Part shown: one piece after another, positions 47,735 to 56,893 of the stretch
How the letters are laid out: each line of letters begins with the position of its first letter
How positions within the stretch are numbered: position 1 is the first letter of the stretch
From: an uncultured Tenacibaculum sp.
GTDB lineage: Bacteria > Bacteroidota > Bacteroidia > Flavobacteriales > Flavobacteriaceae
DNA length: 64,000 nucleotides
Direction: 5' to 3'
NCBI GenBank assembly: GCA_965364955.1
Contig: CBDTZS010000001.1
Location: 5,324-69,323, forward strand
Notes under the pieces: generated by a model
What the model was told of the DNA's origin: nothing
The model's database searches: none
The model's input: the letters and a program-made list of their open reading frames with translations, nothing else
Position numbers and translations under genes: made by a program

Positions 47735-47949
47735 CTAATTAAGTAATATTTTAAATTCATCAATCGGTCTACGTAATGTTATACGTATGATGTTTCGTAA
47801 ATGTTACAAAAAAATAATTTTTTTATTTAAATTCCACAATTGTTAAAGAAATGTTAAATTTACTCTCTTGTAAAGTAGAAATAGTGACCTTTTCTTTGTA
47901 GAAGTGTCTAAATTGAATACTTACTGTAAATTAAGAAAGAACTTAGCTG

Positions 47950-48519
47950 TTGAAAAGCCCTAACGATACAAAACTAAGCGATGAAGAGCTGGTTAGTAAA
48001 ATAGTAGAAAAAAATGACACTCATTTGTTCGCTGTTTTATATGACCGGTATGCTGGCATTGTATATAATAAGTGTTATGGTTTTTCAAAGAATAAAGAAG
48101 AAGCGCAAGATTTAACGCACGATGTATTTATTCGCTTATTTGTGAAGCTGAGAACTTTTAAAAGGAAATCGAAGTTTTCTACCTGGTTGTATTCTTTTAC
48201 TTATAACTTCTGTGTAAATTATGTGCAAAGAAATAAAGAGAAGAAAAAAGAAAAAGTAACTATTGTAACAGATGAAATTAAAGAAAATAGTAACGAAGAT
48301 GAAATTGATGACGCTACATTATTTGAACTAAAGGCTGATAAGTTAGCAAAAGCTCTCGAAGTAATTGCTGTTTCTGAAAAAATGATTTTACTAATGAAAT
48401 ATCAAGATGATATAAGCATTAAAGAAATATCAGAGGTATTAAATTTAGGAGATAGCGCAGTAAAAATGCGTTTAAAGAGAGCAAAAGAAAAGGTTATAAA
48501 GGCATATAACGCACTGTAA
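47950..48519 (+). CDS. ECF-type RNA polymerase sigma factor
   Basis: Region 2 is EAQDLTHDVFIRLF...FSTWLYSFTYNFCVNY. Region 4 is ISIKEISEVLNLGDSAVKMRLKRAKEKV. TTG start. Confidence 0.85.
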   Translation: MKSPNDTKLSDEELVSKIVEKNDTHLFAVLYDRYAGIVYNKCYGFSKNKEEAQDLTHDVFIRLFVKLRTFKRKSKFSTWLYSFTYNFCVNYVQRNKEKKKEKVTIVTDEIKENSNEDEIDDATLFELKADKLAKALEVIAVSEKMILLMKYQDDISIKEISEVLNLGDSAVKMRLKRAKEKVIKAYNAL

Positions 48520-48524
48520 TAATT

Positions 48525-48707
48525 ATGGAAAATCCATTTAAGAAAATATTACATAACGAAGAGTTACCAGAGGTACTTAAAGGAAAAGTGCTTAATGATG
48601 TAGCAATGATAAAGCTGTCTATAGATATGGCTGATTTATTTGTGGTTAAATACCCAAGTACAATCATCGATTTATTAGGAGGAGGGGAGATCTCTACTAA
48701 AGAATAA
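48525..48707 (+). CDS. small hypothetical protein following the ECF sigma gene
   Basis: 60-aa ORF starting 5 nt after the sigma stop. No TM helix or zinc-finger anti-sigma motif is visible. Confidence 0.35.
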   Translation: MENPFKKILHNEELPEVLKGKVLNDVAMIKLSIDMADLFVVKYPSTIIDLLGGGEISTKE

Positions 48708-48742
48708 ACCAACTAAATAGAACAAAAATTAACTCAAATATT

Positions 48743-49561
48743 ATGCACGCACTACAAACGGATTTTTTTAAACCTTTTAAAAACGCTTTTGAAAGTATAG
48801 TAGCAACGTTACCAACAGTAGTTGGTTTTGTATTTTTTATTGTGGCTTCATGGTTATTAATAAAAGTGTTCTTATATGTTATAAAAAAAGCTTTGTCAAA
48901 AACCAAGATTGATGAATGGTCTAAAAAATTAAGTAAAACAGAGATCTTTGGAAATTCAACTATAAACATTGTGCTAACCAGTGTGATATTAGCTGTGTTA
49001 AAATGGTTTTTAATTTTTATGTTAGTTATGGTTGGGGCTGAGATGTTTGGCTTGAAAATTGTGTCAGAAGGAATAAAAAGCTTCTTTGCTTATTTGCCAA
49101 GATTATTAACTGCTATTGGAATTTTTATTGTTGGGGCTTATCTGGGTACGGTGGTAAAGAAGGCTACTCAAACACTGTTCAAATCTTTTGAAATTTCAGG
49201 AGGTAACTTAGTAGGAAATATTGCTTTTTATTTAATAGTAGTATTTTTATCAATAACAGCATTAGATCAAGCAGGTGTAGATACATCAATTATAAAAAGT
49301 AATTTAACTCTTTTAATAGGTTCAGTCCTTTTAGCGTTTACGTTAGCATTTGGTTTAGGAGCTAAAGAGGTAGTATCAAGGTTACTTTATGGGTATTACT
49401 CAAGGAAAAATGTAAGTATAGGTAAAAAAGTTATTATAGGTGATATTGAGGGAGTTGTCACGGCAATAGATAATATTTGTTTAACCGTTACAACAGATGA
49501 TGGAAAGGTAGTATTTCCTATTAAAGTCGTGGTAGACAGTAAAATAGTTGTTAAAAATTAA
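48743..49561 (+). CDS. membrane protein with repeated conserved-TM-helix units (mechanosensitive-channel-related)
   Basis: 272 aa with about five TM helices. Each helix follows a short amphipathic segment. C-terminal beta-rich tail (GDIEGVVTAIDNICLTVTTDDGKVVFPIK). Confidence 0.55.
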   Translation: MHALQTDFFKPFKNAFESIVATLPTVVGFVFFIVASWLLIKVFLYVIKKALSKTKIDEWSKKLSKTEIFGNSTINIVLTSVILAVLKWFLIFMLVMVGAEMFGLKIVSEGIKSFFAYLPRLLTAIGIFIVGAYLGTVVKKATQTLFKSFEISGGNLVGNIAFYLIVVFLSITALDQAGVDTSIIKSNLTLLIGSVLLAFTLAFGLGAKEVVSRLLYGYYSRKNVSIGKKVIIGDIEGVVTAIDNICLTVTTDDGKVVFPIKVVVDSKIVVKN

Positions 49562-49581
49562 CGAATTTTAATATTTTTTTA

Positions 49582-49589
49582 TATATTTG
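49582..49589 (+). promoter_or_regulatory. Bacteroidota -7 promoter box (TAnnTTTG) in a gene-free interval
   Basis: TATATTTG lies about 35 nt upstream of the first conserved hairpin. No protein gene lies downstream on this strand. Confidence 0.45.
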
Positions 49590-49595
49590 AACTTT

Positions 49596-49707
49596 AGTAT
49601 ACTGAAAATGAATTAAAAAAATGATAGATTTCGGGGGACTTCTATCTTATAGGTAAAGATTTATCTTTGCTGTTTGTGACCATCGAAAGATGGTCACTTT
49701 TTATTTT
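49596..49707 (+). ncRNA. candidate small RNA 1 (conserved G-rich-loop hairpin plus intrinsic terminator); ends approximate
   Basis: Hairpin GATAGA-TTTCGGGGGACT-TCTATC (49623-49646), a small hairpin AAAGAT-TT-ATCTTT, then terminator GTGACCATC-GAAA-GATGGTCAC plus TTTTT (49676-49702). Confidence 0.4.
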
Positions 49708-49744
49708 AAGTAATAGGTGACTTATAAAAACAATTGGTGTCTAT

Positions 49745-49829
49745 AATAATGAGGATGATAGATTCGGGGGGATCTATTTGAATCAGATAATTTAAATGAC
49801 TTTCGGAAACGAAAGTCATTTCTATTTTT
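49745..49829 (+). ncRNA. candidate small RNA 2 (paralogous unit); ends approximate
   Basis: Hairpin ATAGAT-TCGGGGGG-ATCTAT (49758-49777), then terminator AATGACTTTCG-GAAA-CGAAAGTCATT (49795-49820) plus a T-rich tail. It shares the ATGATAGATT(T)CGGGGG core with unit 1. Confidence 0.3.
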
Positions 49830-49938
49830 ACAAGCATTCTTTTATGTTCTTTTTTTCGTAGTTAGAAGATGAGAAAATCTGATTAAAAAGAGTGAGATAA
49901 TAAAAAAAGCCACTATTAACAGTAGCTTTTTTTATTAT

Positions 49939-50646
49939 TTATTCAAAAGATAAGTGAAGAAACACACCTCGCGTACCTAGGTAGCCAATAGGGTCTGTCC
50001 ATTGACTTGGAGATTTATTATCATATATGATTTCATTATTGACAGCAAAAACCCCTCTAATTGATGGAGAGAATTTAAAGTAATTTAAATAAATATCCAC
50101 TCCAATACCTATTTCGTACATTATATTACTAGTTGTAGTCCTAAATTCACCAGCAAAATTATCGTCACTATTCTTTTCGTTACTAGAAAAATTATAATCA
50201 TACGATAGGCCACCTAATACATAAGGTCTTATGTTATTAAGTCTGTTAGTACTTAGTTTTAATATTAAAGGCAAATGTAGGTATGTAGCGCCAACTTCTC
50301 TGGTCTTTATATTATCAGCTCCAGGAATATGCTTAAAACGTAATGTCTTGGTGTTAGACATTAGTCCTGGTTCAAACCTTAAATTAACATTGTTATGTAG
50401 TCGTAAATCAGCAATTAAACCAACATTAAAACCTATAGATGATTCAACCTCTACCTCAACGTCAAGATTGTCAAAAGTACTTGGCTTATAGGCTACTTTA
50501 TACCCGTTATTATTTAGCCCTAAATAAAACCCGTAATGAAACTTTGGTTTATCAAAACTTGGAAGATTTAATATCTTTTCATTTTGTGCTTGACTGGTAA
50601 TTGTAATGAATCCGAAAAATCCGAGAAATAAAAGTTTTTTTAACAT
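49939..50646 (-). CDS. porT: PorT/SprT-like outer-membrane beta-barrel protein
   Basis: 235 aa with a signal peptide. The N-terminal LPSFDKPKFHYGFYLGLNN motif and alternating beta-strand pattern end in an aromatic residue region. Lies next to ubiE, as in other Bacteroidota. The call is from memory of the family. Confidence 0.6.
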   Translation of the reverse strand: MLKKLLFLGFFGFITITSQAQNEKILNLPSFDKPKFHYGFYLGLNNNGYKVAYKPSTFDNLDVEVEVESSIGFNVGLIADLRLHNNVNLRFEPGLMSNTKTLRFKHIPGADNIKTREVGATYLHLPLILKLSTNRLNNIRPYVLGGLSYDYNFSSNEKNSDDNFAGEFRTTTSNIMYEIGIGVDIYLNYFKFSPSIRGVFAVNNEIIYDNKSPSQWTDPIGYLGTRGVFLHLSFE

Positions 50647-50647
50647 A

Positions 50648-51376
50648 CTATTTTAAAGCGGTATAAATTGATGCAACACCAAAAGTTACAGGTAAATTCT
50701 TTGCATTCTTAAACCCATTTTTCTGTAAAATATTGTTAAAGGCTTCACCAAATGGAAAAGAATTAGCACTTTCTGATAAATAAGAATATGCAACCTTGTC
50801 TTTTGAGAAGATTTTACCAATGATTGGTAAAATAAAATTAGTGTAAAACTTATAGCCTTGTTTAAAAGGAAACTTGGTAGGGTTAGAAGTTTCTAATACC
50901 ACAAATTTCCCTCCAGGTTTTAAAACACGCAATATTTCAGTTAAACCTTTATCTAAGTGTTCAAAATTTCTTACTCCGAAAGAAACCGTAATAGCATCAA
51001 ATGTATTGTCATCAAAAGGCATGTTCTCGCTATCGCCAACAATCATTTCAATTTTCTCAGTTAAGTTCGCTTTTTCAATTTTTTTCTTTCCTACTTCTAA
51101 CATTCCTGCAGAAATATCTAAACCAACAATTTTTTCAGGATTCAAGTTCGCCATCATTAGTGCTAGATCACCTGTTCCAGTAGCAATATCTAAGATTTGT
51201 TGAGGATTACTCTCTCCAATTAATTTCACTACTTTCTTTCGCCAGCTAACATCGATTCCTAAAGAGATAACACGGTTTAATCCGTCGTAATCTTCAGAAA
51301 TATTGTCAAACATTTTAGCAACTTGTTCTTTTTTTCCTAATTCAGAATCTTTGTATGGTTTAATGATTTTTGACAT
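50648..51376 (-). CDS. ubiE: demethylmenaquinone / ubiquinone-menaquinone biosynthesis methyltransferase
   Basis: Motifs [16 protein letters not shown], the SAM motif [11 protein letters not shown], and FGVRNF. Confidence 0.9.
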   Translation of the reverse strand: MSKIIKPYKDSELGKKEQVAKMFDNISEDYDGLNRVISLGIDVSWRKKVVKLIGESNPQQILDIATGTGDLALMMANLNPEKIVGLDISAGMLEVGKKKIEKANLTEKIEMIVGDSENMPFDDNTFDAITVSFGVRNFEHLDKGLTEILRVLKPGGKFVVLETSNPTKFPFKQGYKFYTNFILPIIGKIFSKDKVAYSYLSESANSFPFGEAFNNILQKNGFKNAKNLPVTFGVASIYTALK

Positions 51377-51390
51377 GTAATTTTTAAGAA

Positions 51391-52284
51391 TTATCCGTTA
51401 ATAGCAACAACTTCATTAATTAGATTTGGTAACATATCTTTAAGCATAGTTTCAATACCATTTTTTAAAGTTACGGTTGATGATGGGCATCCGCTACAAG
51501 CACCTTGTAAAATTACACTTACTCTTTTGGTGTCTTTATCATACGATTGAAATGCAATATTACCACCGTCAGATGCTACAGCCGGTTTAATATATTCATC
51601 TAAAATATCAACTATCTTAGCTTCAGTATCAGTTAAATCTTCTTTAGGAATTTCAACGTTTTGTTTTGTTTGTTGCTTCGGAAGTTCTTGTATAATCGTT
51701 TTTCCGTCTTGAATATAACCTCTTATAAAAGTGCGAATTTCTTGGTGAACTTCATTCCACTCAATCATGTCGTATTTTGTAATAGATACATAGTTCTCAG
51801 AAATGAATATTTCTTTAACAAATGGAAATCCAAATAATTGTTGTGCTAATGGTGAAGATTTACTCGCTTCTTCAATGTTTTTAAACTCAACATCTGTTTG
51901 CGTAAGTGCTTTGTTTGAACCGAATTTCATAACTGCCGGATTCGGAGTAACTTCAGCATATACTTCAACAGCATCTTTTTTTGTAGTCTCTTCTTTTACA
52001 AGTGTATTTCCTTCTTGTAAATAGTTCTCAATCTGTTCACGAACTTCTTCTTCAACATCATTCCATTGAACAATATCGAAACGTTGAATAGCAATGAAAT
52101 TTGCAGTAACTAATATTTTTTTTACAAATGGAAGGTGAAAAAGTTGTTGCGCTAAATGTGAATTTTTAGCGTCATCTATATTGTTAAATTCATAACTACC
52201 GCCATTTACTAAAATTGTGTTACTCACAAATTTAAGAATAGTTTCGTTATTGGTTTCTTGTATGTTTATTTTAATTGTGTTCAT
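51391..52284 (-). CDS. NifU-family Fe-S cluster protein with two tandem Nfu_N-like domains
   Basis: Two repeats each contain LAQQLF(H/G)(L/F)PFVK. The C-terminal NifU module has a CSGC motif ([10 protein letters not shown]). I trimmed the start to the ATG at 52284. Confidence 0.8.
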   Translation of the reverse strand: MNTIKINIQETNNETILKFVSNTILVNGGSYEFNNIDDAKNSHLAQQLFHLPFVKKILVTANFIAIQRFDIVQWNDVEEEVREQIENYLQEGNTLVKEETTKKDAVEVYAEVTPNPAVMKFGSNKALTQTDVEFKNIEEASKSSPLAQQLFGFPFVKEIFISENYVSITKYDMIEWNEVHQEIRTFIRGYIQDGKTIIQELPKQQTKQNVEIPKEDLTDTEAKIVDILDEYIKPAVASDGGNIAFQSYDKDTKRVSVILQGACSGCPSSTVTLKNGIETMLKDMLPNLINEVVAING

Positions 52285-52337
52285 AGGTTGTAAAATGAGG
52301 TGCAAAATTACGGTAAAAAACTGATATATGTATATAT

Positions 52338-52363
52338 AAAAAGTCCCGCAAAAGCAGGACTTT
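52338..52363 (-). terminator. intrinsic terminator after the outer-membrane barrel gene
   Basis: The minus strand reads AGTCCTGC-TTTT-GCGGGACT followed by TTTTTA. Confidence 0.55.
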
Positions 52364-52386
52364 AATATAATTTATATATAATATAA

Positions 52387-53781
52387 TTATAGACTGAATG
52401 TAATGGTTGCTGAAACTCTAGATGTATTGTTGTTTAATTCAATTGGGTTTACATTTACATTCGATGAATTATAAATATTGTAAACGCTATTATTCTCTGA
52501 TTTACGATATGCTAAATCAAATTTCATATTTCCAAAGTTATAACCTAAACCTAAAGAATATCCTTTTTTATGATCTTGGTCTAATGCGTTTTTAAATGGA
52601 TTTTCTTCAAAATGATATCCTCCTCGAATACTTATTTTATCAAAGCGCCATTCCGTACCAATATTTAGGGCATAAGCAGCTTTAAAGTCGTTGACAAAGT
52701 TTTGATTAGTATTTAAAAAAGCAGTATCATTTTCTTGGTATTTTATTCCGCTATAATTTTTGTAAGTATAGTCGGCACTAATCAAGCCCTGTTTTCCAAA
52801 GACTAAAGCAGCACTTGCTGTTAATTTACTTGGGGTTTTTAGTTTAAATATATTAGAGTTAAACTCTTCACCGCTATTTACATCGACCGTTTGGTTGCTT
52901 GCAGAAATATCAGTATAACCTAACCAATCATCATATCTAGCATCATTAGGATCAAAAACATTTAAATTACTTTCTTCAAAATTTTCTGGATACCAAGTAG
53001 GTGTTTCATAGGCTAAACCGAAACGAAATGATTGATTTACTTTATATATGAAACCAGCATTTAATGAAACTCCACTACCTTCTATATAGCTATCTTGAAT
53101 ATTTAATGCATTTAAAGTGTTTCCGTTGTCATCTTCATTTTTTTCGTTCAAATGAGTAATTTGAGCAAAGGTGAAATCATGGAATTTTACTCCTGCACCT
53201 ACAAATAATTTATTTTGATGAACAGCTGAAAAACCCATTTCAAAGACACTGCTTTTTCCTGAAGTAGTGTTTAAAAAACGTTGTTCTTTACCATTATTAA
53301 ACTGATTACTGGTATCGTCTGGATGTTCATTAAATAAAGCTTGCTCGCTATTACCAGTAGAAGAAAAAGAACCTGTGAAATCACTTTTTATTTTATAATT
53401 AAAACTCAAAGCAAAACGATTCCAATCTGAGTTATAAGCTGTGTCAAAAGATAAAATACCTCCTGCTTGTGAAATATTTAAGTAATCGTCTTTAGAGTTG
53501 GTAGTATTGCCGTAATATGTGGCTAGATATTCAGTGTTTCGGGTGTTTAAAGTAACAGAGAATATGCTTTTTTTAGATACTGCACCTCCCGCAGGGTTGA
53601 TTCCAATAGCAGAGACATCGCTTCCTAAAGCGCCGAAAGCTCCGCTCATAGCCTCAAAGCGAGCTGTACCGTAATTACCGTCTTTTGAAAATAAAAGACC
53701 TAAATCATTATACCCTAAAGATTGAGAAAAGGCAGTATAAGTACTAGCGATGATAATCGCGAAAATTAAAATTCGTTTCAT
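52387..53781 (-). CDS. outer-membrane beta-barrel protein (FadL/OMPP1-like, tentative)
   Basis: 464 aa with signal peptide MKRILIFAIIIASTYTAFSQ. The N-terminal ARFEAMSGAFGALGSDVSAIGINPAGGA resembles the FadL-family hatch motif. Alternating strands end in TITFSL. Confidence 0.6.
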   Translation of the reverse strand: MKRILIFAIIIASTYTAFSQSLGYNDLGLLFSKDGNYGTARFEAMSGAFGALGSDVSAIGINPAGGAVSKKSIFSVTLNTRNTEYLATYYGNTTNSKDDYLNISQAGGILSFDTAYNSDWNRFALSFNYKIKSDFTGSFSSTGNSEQALFNEHPDDTSNQFNNGKEQRFLNTTSGKSSVFEMGFSAVHQNKLFVGAGVKFHDFTFAQITHLNEKNEDDNGNTLNALNIQDSYIEGSGVSLNAGFIYKVNQSFRFGLAYETPTWYPENFEESNLNVFDPNDARYDDWLGYTDISASNQTVDVNSGEEFNSNIFKLKTPSKLTASAALVFGKQGLISADYTYKNYSGIKYQENDTAFLNTNQNFVNDFKAAYALNIGTEWRFDKISIRGGYHFEENPFKNALDQDHKKGYSLGLGYNFGNMKFDLAYRKSENNSVYNIYNSSNVNVNPIELNNNTSRVSATITFSL

Positions 53782-53827
53782 GTTTTTCGTTAATTAGTTT
53801 AAAACTTATTCAGAAAAGTTGGTTAAG

Positions 53828-55231
53828 TTATCGTCTACTACTTCTAGAACTTCTGCTATTTGAAGAAGAATTTCTAGAGCTTCTGTTAGAACTGCTTCTT
53901 GAAGGAGAAGAGTTGCTACGAGAACTTCTTGAGGGAGCAGAATAACTTTTTGATTTTTTTGAACTACTTCTGTTTGAAGAGTATGTCTTATTGCTTTTTT
54001 TTGGAGCAGAGTAACTACGAGATTTTCTTTCTGATTGTTTAACAGAGCGGGTAGGTTTTTGTCCGCCAGTATTGTAGTTTCTAGTGTTTTTTCTTGTTGA
54101 ATTTACAACCTTAGTATTCTGAGATGATTTGCTTCGGTCAGTATTATATTTGCTACGAGTATTTCTGGTGTTTTCTGTTCTTCTAGTATTTCCTGAAGAT
54201 CTATTTCCTCCTTGCCTATAGCCTTTTGTGAATCTACTATTTGAGCTTCTTGGATTTTTAGAACCTCTTGTATTGTAACGCTTGCGAGAACTTCTCGTGC
54301 CTCTCGTGCTTTTTATAGATCTATTACCGTTAGAGTTGTAGCCTTTATTATATCTGTTAGAAGAATTGGTACCTCTTGTGTTTCTTGTTGATCGAGTACC
54401 TCTCGTGGTACGTGAAGGAGACCTTTTCTTATTTTTCTTATAAGAATTTGAAGACCTTCTAGAGATGGTTGTACTTCTCCTTCCGGTAGTGTATCCTCTT
54501 CGTGATGTAGAAGCTGTTCTGTTATTCCTATAAGGGTTTGCTCCTCTACTTGATCTATAATAACGATTGTTATTGTATCTGTACGGACTGTTATAGTATC
54601 TATTAGAACCATAATAATTGTTTCCATAGTAAGGAGGACAATAATAAGAGTTATAAAATCCACCTAAGCCTACATAAAATCCTGAATTATAATAATGTCC
54701 GTAGTTATACGGATTCCAATAAGAATTGTACCCTCCGTAGTTAGAGTAACGAGAACGCCACCAAGGTCTGTTATAGCCGTATCCGTAATCCCAATCATTA
54801 TAATAACCCCATCTTGGTGAAGTATTTATATTGATTACAACGTCGCTATTATTACTATTATATCCCCAAGGCTCATTATTCTCGTAATTAATATTTTCTT
54901 CTGAATTTTCATGATCTATAACATCTTCATCAAGATTAAAATCACCATCTTCAGAAGTGTAATCTTCAATGTCAGTAAAAATATCAGTGCCATTTAAAAT
55001 CTCTAGACGTTCAACTTCTTTGGTGAAGTAGTTTTCTTCATACTCTTTATGTTCTCCGCTGTCTGCAACAACAATTCTACGTTGAGGCTGTTCTTGTATT
55101 TGGTCATCTGCATAAATGCCATCATCACTACCAGCAACCGTTTGTATTGTTCCGCAAGAAGCAAATGTTGCTACCATAAATAATGATAGAATATAATAAG
55201 GTAGCTTGGTGTTGGTGTAATGTAACTTCAT
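53828..55231 (-). CDS. predicted lipoprotein with acidic N-domain, Tyr/Asn/Gly-rich middle and extremely basic Arg/Ser/Thr/Asn-rich tail
   Basis: 467-aa ORF. Signal plus lipobox-like sequence is LFMVATFASC. Low-complexity composition can be read directly from the translation. Lies 46 nt upstream of the barrel gene on the same strand. Confidence 0.6.
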   Translation of the reverse strand: MKLHYTNTKLPYYILSLFMVATFASCGTIQTVAGSDDGIYADDQIQEQPQRRIVVADSGEHKEYEENYFTKEVERLEILNGTDIFTDIEDYTSEDGDFNLDEDVIDHENSEENINYENNEPWGYNSNNSDVVININTSPRWGYYNDWDYGYGYNRPWWRSRYSNYGGYNSYWNPYNYGHYYNSGFYVGLGGFYNSYYCPPYYGNNYYGSNRYYNSPYRYNNNRYYRSSRGANPYRNNRTASTSRRGYTTGRRSTTISRRSSNSYKKNKKRSPSRTTRGTRSTRNTRGTNSSNRYNKGYNSNGNRSIKSTRGTRSSRKRYNTRGSKNPRSSNSRFTKGYRQGGNRSSGNTRRTENTRNTRSKYNTDRSKSSQNTKVVNSTRKNTRNYNTGGQKPTRSVKQSERKSRSYSAPKKSNKTYSSNRSSSKKSKSYSAPSRSSRSNSSPSRSSSNRSSRNSSSNSRSSRSSRR

Positions 55232-55318
55232 AGCTTAAATTTTTAGGTTATAAAAAACTAATTCGAAAACTGATCTGCAAAATAGTATTTCTTTGTTGGG
55301 CTTGTTACCTTTTTAATG

Positions 55319-55326
55319 TAATTTTG
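55319..55326 (+). promoter_or_regulatory. Bacteroidota -7 promoter box (TAnnTTTG) for proS
   Basis: TAATTTTG ends 53 nt upstream of the proS ATG. Confidence 0.45.
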
Positions 55327-55379
55327 CAGACACAATTTTACGCATAATAAATAACAATATTTATGCCAAACTTTTGATT

Positions 55380-56858
55380 ATGAGCAAACATTTAACAAAA
55401 AGAGATGAAGATTACTCTAAATGGTATAACGAATTAGTTGTAAAAGCTGATTTAGCTGAGAATTCAGCTGTTAGAGGATGTATGGTAATTAAGCCTTACG
55501 GATTTGCTATTTGGGAGAATATGCAAGCAGAATTAAATAGAATGTTTAAGGAAACAGGGCATGAGAATGCTTATTTCCCGTTGTTTGTGCCGAAAAGTTT
55601 ATTTGAAGCTGAAGAGAAAAATGCAGAAGGATTTGCAAAAGAATGTGCGGTTGTAACACATTATCGTTTGCAAAATGACCCTGATAATGAAGGGAAGTTA
55701 AGAGTGGATCCGGAAGCTAAATTAGAAGAAGAATTAGTGGTTCGCCCAACTTCTGAAGCAATTATTTGGAATACCTATAGAGGATGGATACAATCGTATC
55801 GTGATTTACCTTTATTAATAAATCAATGGGCAAATGTGGTTCGTTGGGAAATGCGTACTCGTTTGTTTTTAAGAACCTCTGAGTTTTTATGGCAAGAAGG
55901 ACATACAGCGCACGCAACAAAAGCAGAAGCAGTTTCTGAAGCAAAACAAATGCAAGAAGTATATGCTACGTTTGCTGAAAATTTTATGGCGATGCCTGTA
56001 GTAAAAGGAGCGAAATCTGAAAGTGAACGTTTTGCGGGAGCTGAAGATACTTTAACTATTGAAGCATTAATGCAAGATGGAAAAGCATTGCAAGCAGGAA
56101 CATCTCACTTTTTAGGACAGAATTTTGCAAAAGCGTTTGATGTAAAATATACCTCAAAAGAAGGGAAGAAAGAATATGTTTGGGCTACTTCTTGGGGAGT
56201 TTCAACCCGTTTGATTGGTGGGTTAATTATGACACACTCTGATGATGCAGGTTTAGTATTACCTCCTAAATTAGCGCCAATTCAAGTTGTAATTGTTCCT
56301 ATATATAAAGGAGAAGAGCAATTGAATGCAATTTCAGAAAAAGTTAATGTAATTGTTAAAGAACTTCGTAAGAAAGGAATTTCTGTTAAGTTTGATGATA
56401 GGGATACCTATAGGCCCGGAGCGAAATTCGCAGAATACGAATTAAAAGGAGTTCCAGTAAGAATGGCAATGGGTAACCGTGATTTAGAAAGCGGTACTGT
56501 TGAGGTTGCTCGACGTGATACTTTTGAAAAACAAACAGTTTCTATAGATGAAGTTGTAGATGTTATAACTAATTTGTTAGACGATATTCAAGAGAACTTA
56601 TTTAAAAAGGCTTTAGATTACAGAAATTCACATATCACGGAGGTTAATACGTTTGATGAATTTAAAGATGTAATAGAAAATAAAGGAGGTTTTGTTTCTG
56701 CTCACTGGGACGGAACTATTGAGACGGAAGAGAAGATTAAAGAACAGACAAAAGCAACCATTAGGTGTATTCCTAATGATGCAAAAGAGGAAGCCGGAAA
56801 ATGTGTCTTCACAGGAAATCCGTCCTCTAAAAGAGTCCTCTTTGCAAAGGCATATTAG
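55380..56858 (+). CDS. proS: proline--tRNA ligase (archaeal/eukaryote-like class II form)
   Basis: The N-terminus [17 protein letters not shown]...[11 protein letters not shown] is typical of the short ProRS type. Class II motifs are present and the C-terminus ends in AKAY. I chose the ATG at 55380 as the start. Confidence 0.93.
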   Translation: MSKHLTKRDEDYSKWYNELVVKADLAENSAVRGCMVIKPYGFAIWENMQAELNRMFKETGHENAYFPLFVPKSLFEAEEKNAEGFAKECAVVTHYRLQNDPDNEGKLRVDPEAKLEEELVVRPTSEAIIWNTYRGWIQSYRDLPLLINQWANVVRWEMRTRLFLRTSEFLWQEGHTAHATKAEAVSEAKQMQEVYATFAENFMAMPVVKGAKSESERFAGAEDTLTIEALMQDGKALQAGTSHFLGQNFAKAFDVKYTSKEGKKEYVWATSWGVSTRLIGGLIMTHSDDAGLVLPPKLAPIQVVIVPIYKGEEQLNAISEKVNVIVKELRKKGISVKFDDRDTYRPGAKFAEYELKGVPVRMAMGNRDLESGTVEVARRDTFEKQTVSIDEVVDVITNLLDDIQENLFKKALDYRNSHITEVNTFDEFKDVIENKGGFVSAHWDGTIETEEKIKEQTKATIRCIPNDAKEEAGKCVFTGNPSSKRVLFAKAY

Positions 56859-56865
56859 TAAGAAT

Positions 56866-56893
56866 AAAAACCCTGCGGAAGCAGGGTTTTTTA
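56866..56893 (+). terminator. intrinsic terminator after proS
   Basis: AAAAACCCTGC-GGAA-GCAGGGTTTTTT. Confidence 0.8.

Noticed and set aside
49621-49782. Mini-ORFs MIDFGGLLSYR (49621..49656) and MRMIDSGGSI (49749..49781) as leader peptides or micropeptides
   Set aside because: The two copies conserve the nucleotide string but not the reading frame, because an indel shifts the frame after Asp. No downstream gene exists to attenuate. An RNA-level function is more parsimonious.
54313-54663. Minus-strand 116-aa ORF in an alternative frame of the low-complexity lipoprotein gene
   Set aside because: It lies on the same strand but out of frame inside the 467-aa ORF. Repetitive DNA keeps several frames open. 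Only the long frame has a signal peptide and a start near a plausible upstream region. The true frame still needs proteomic confirmation.
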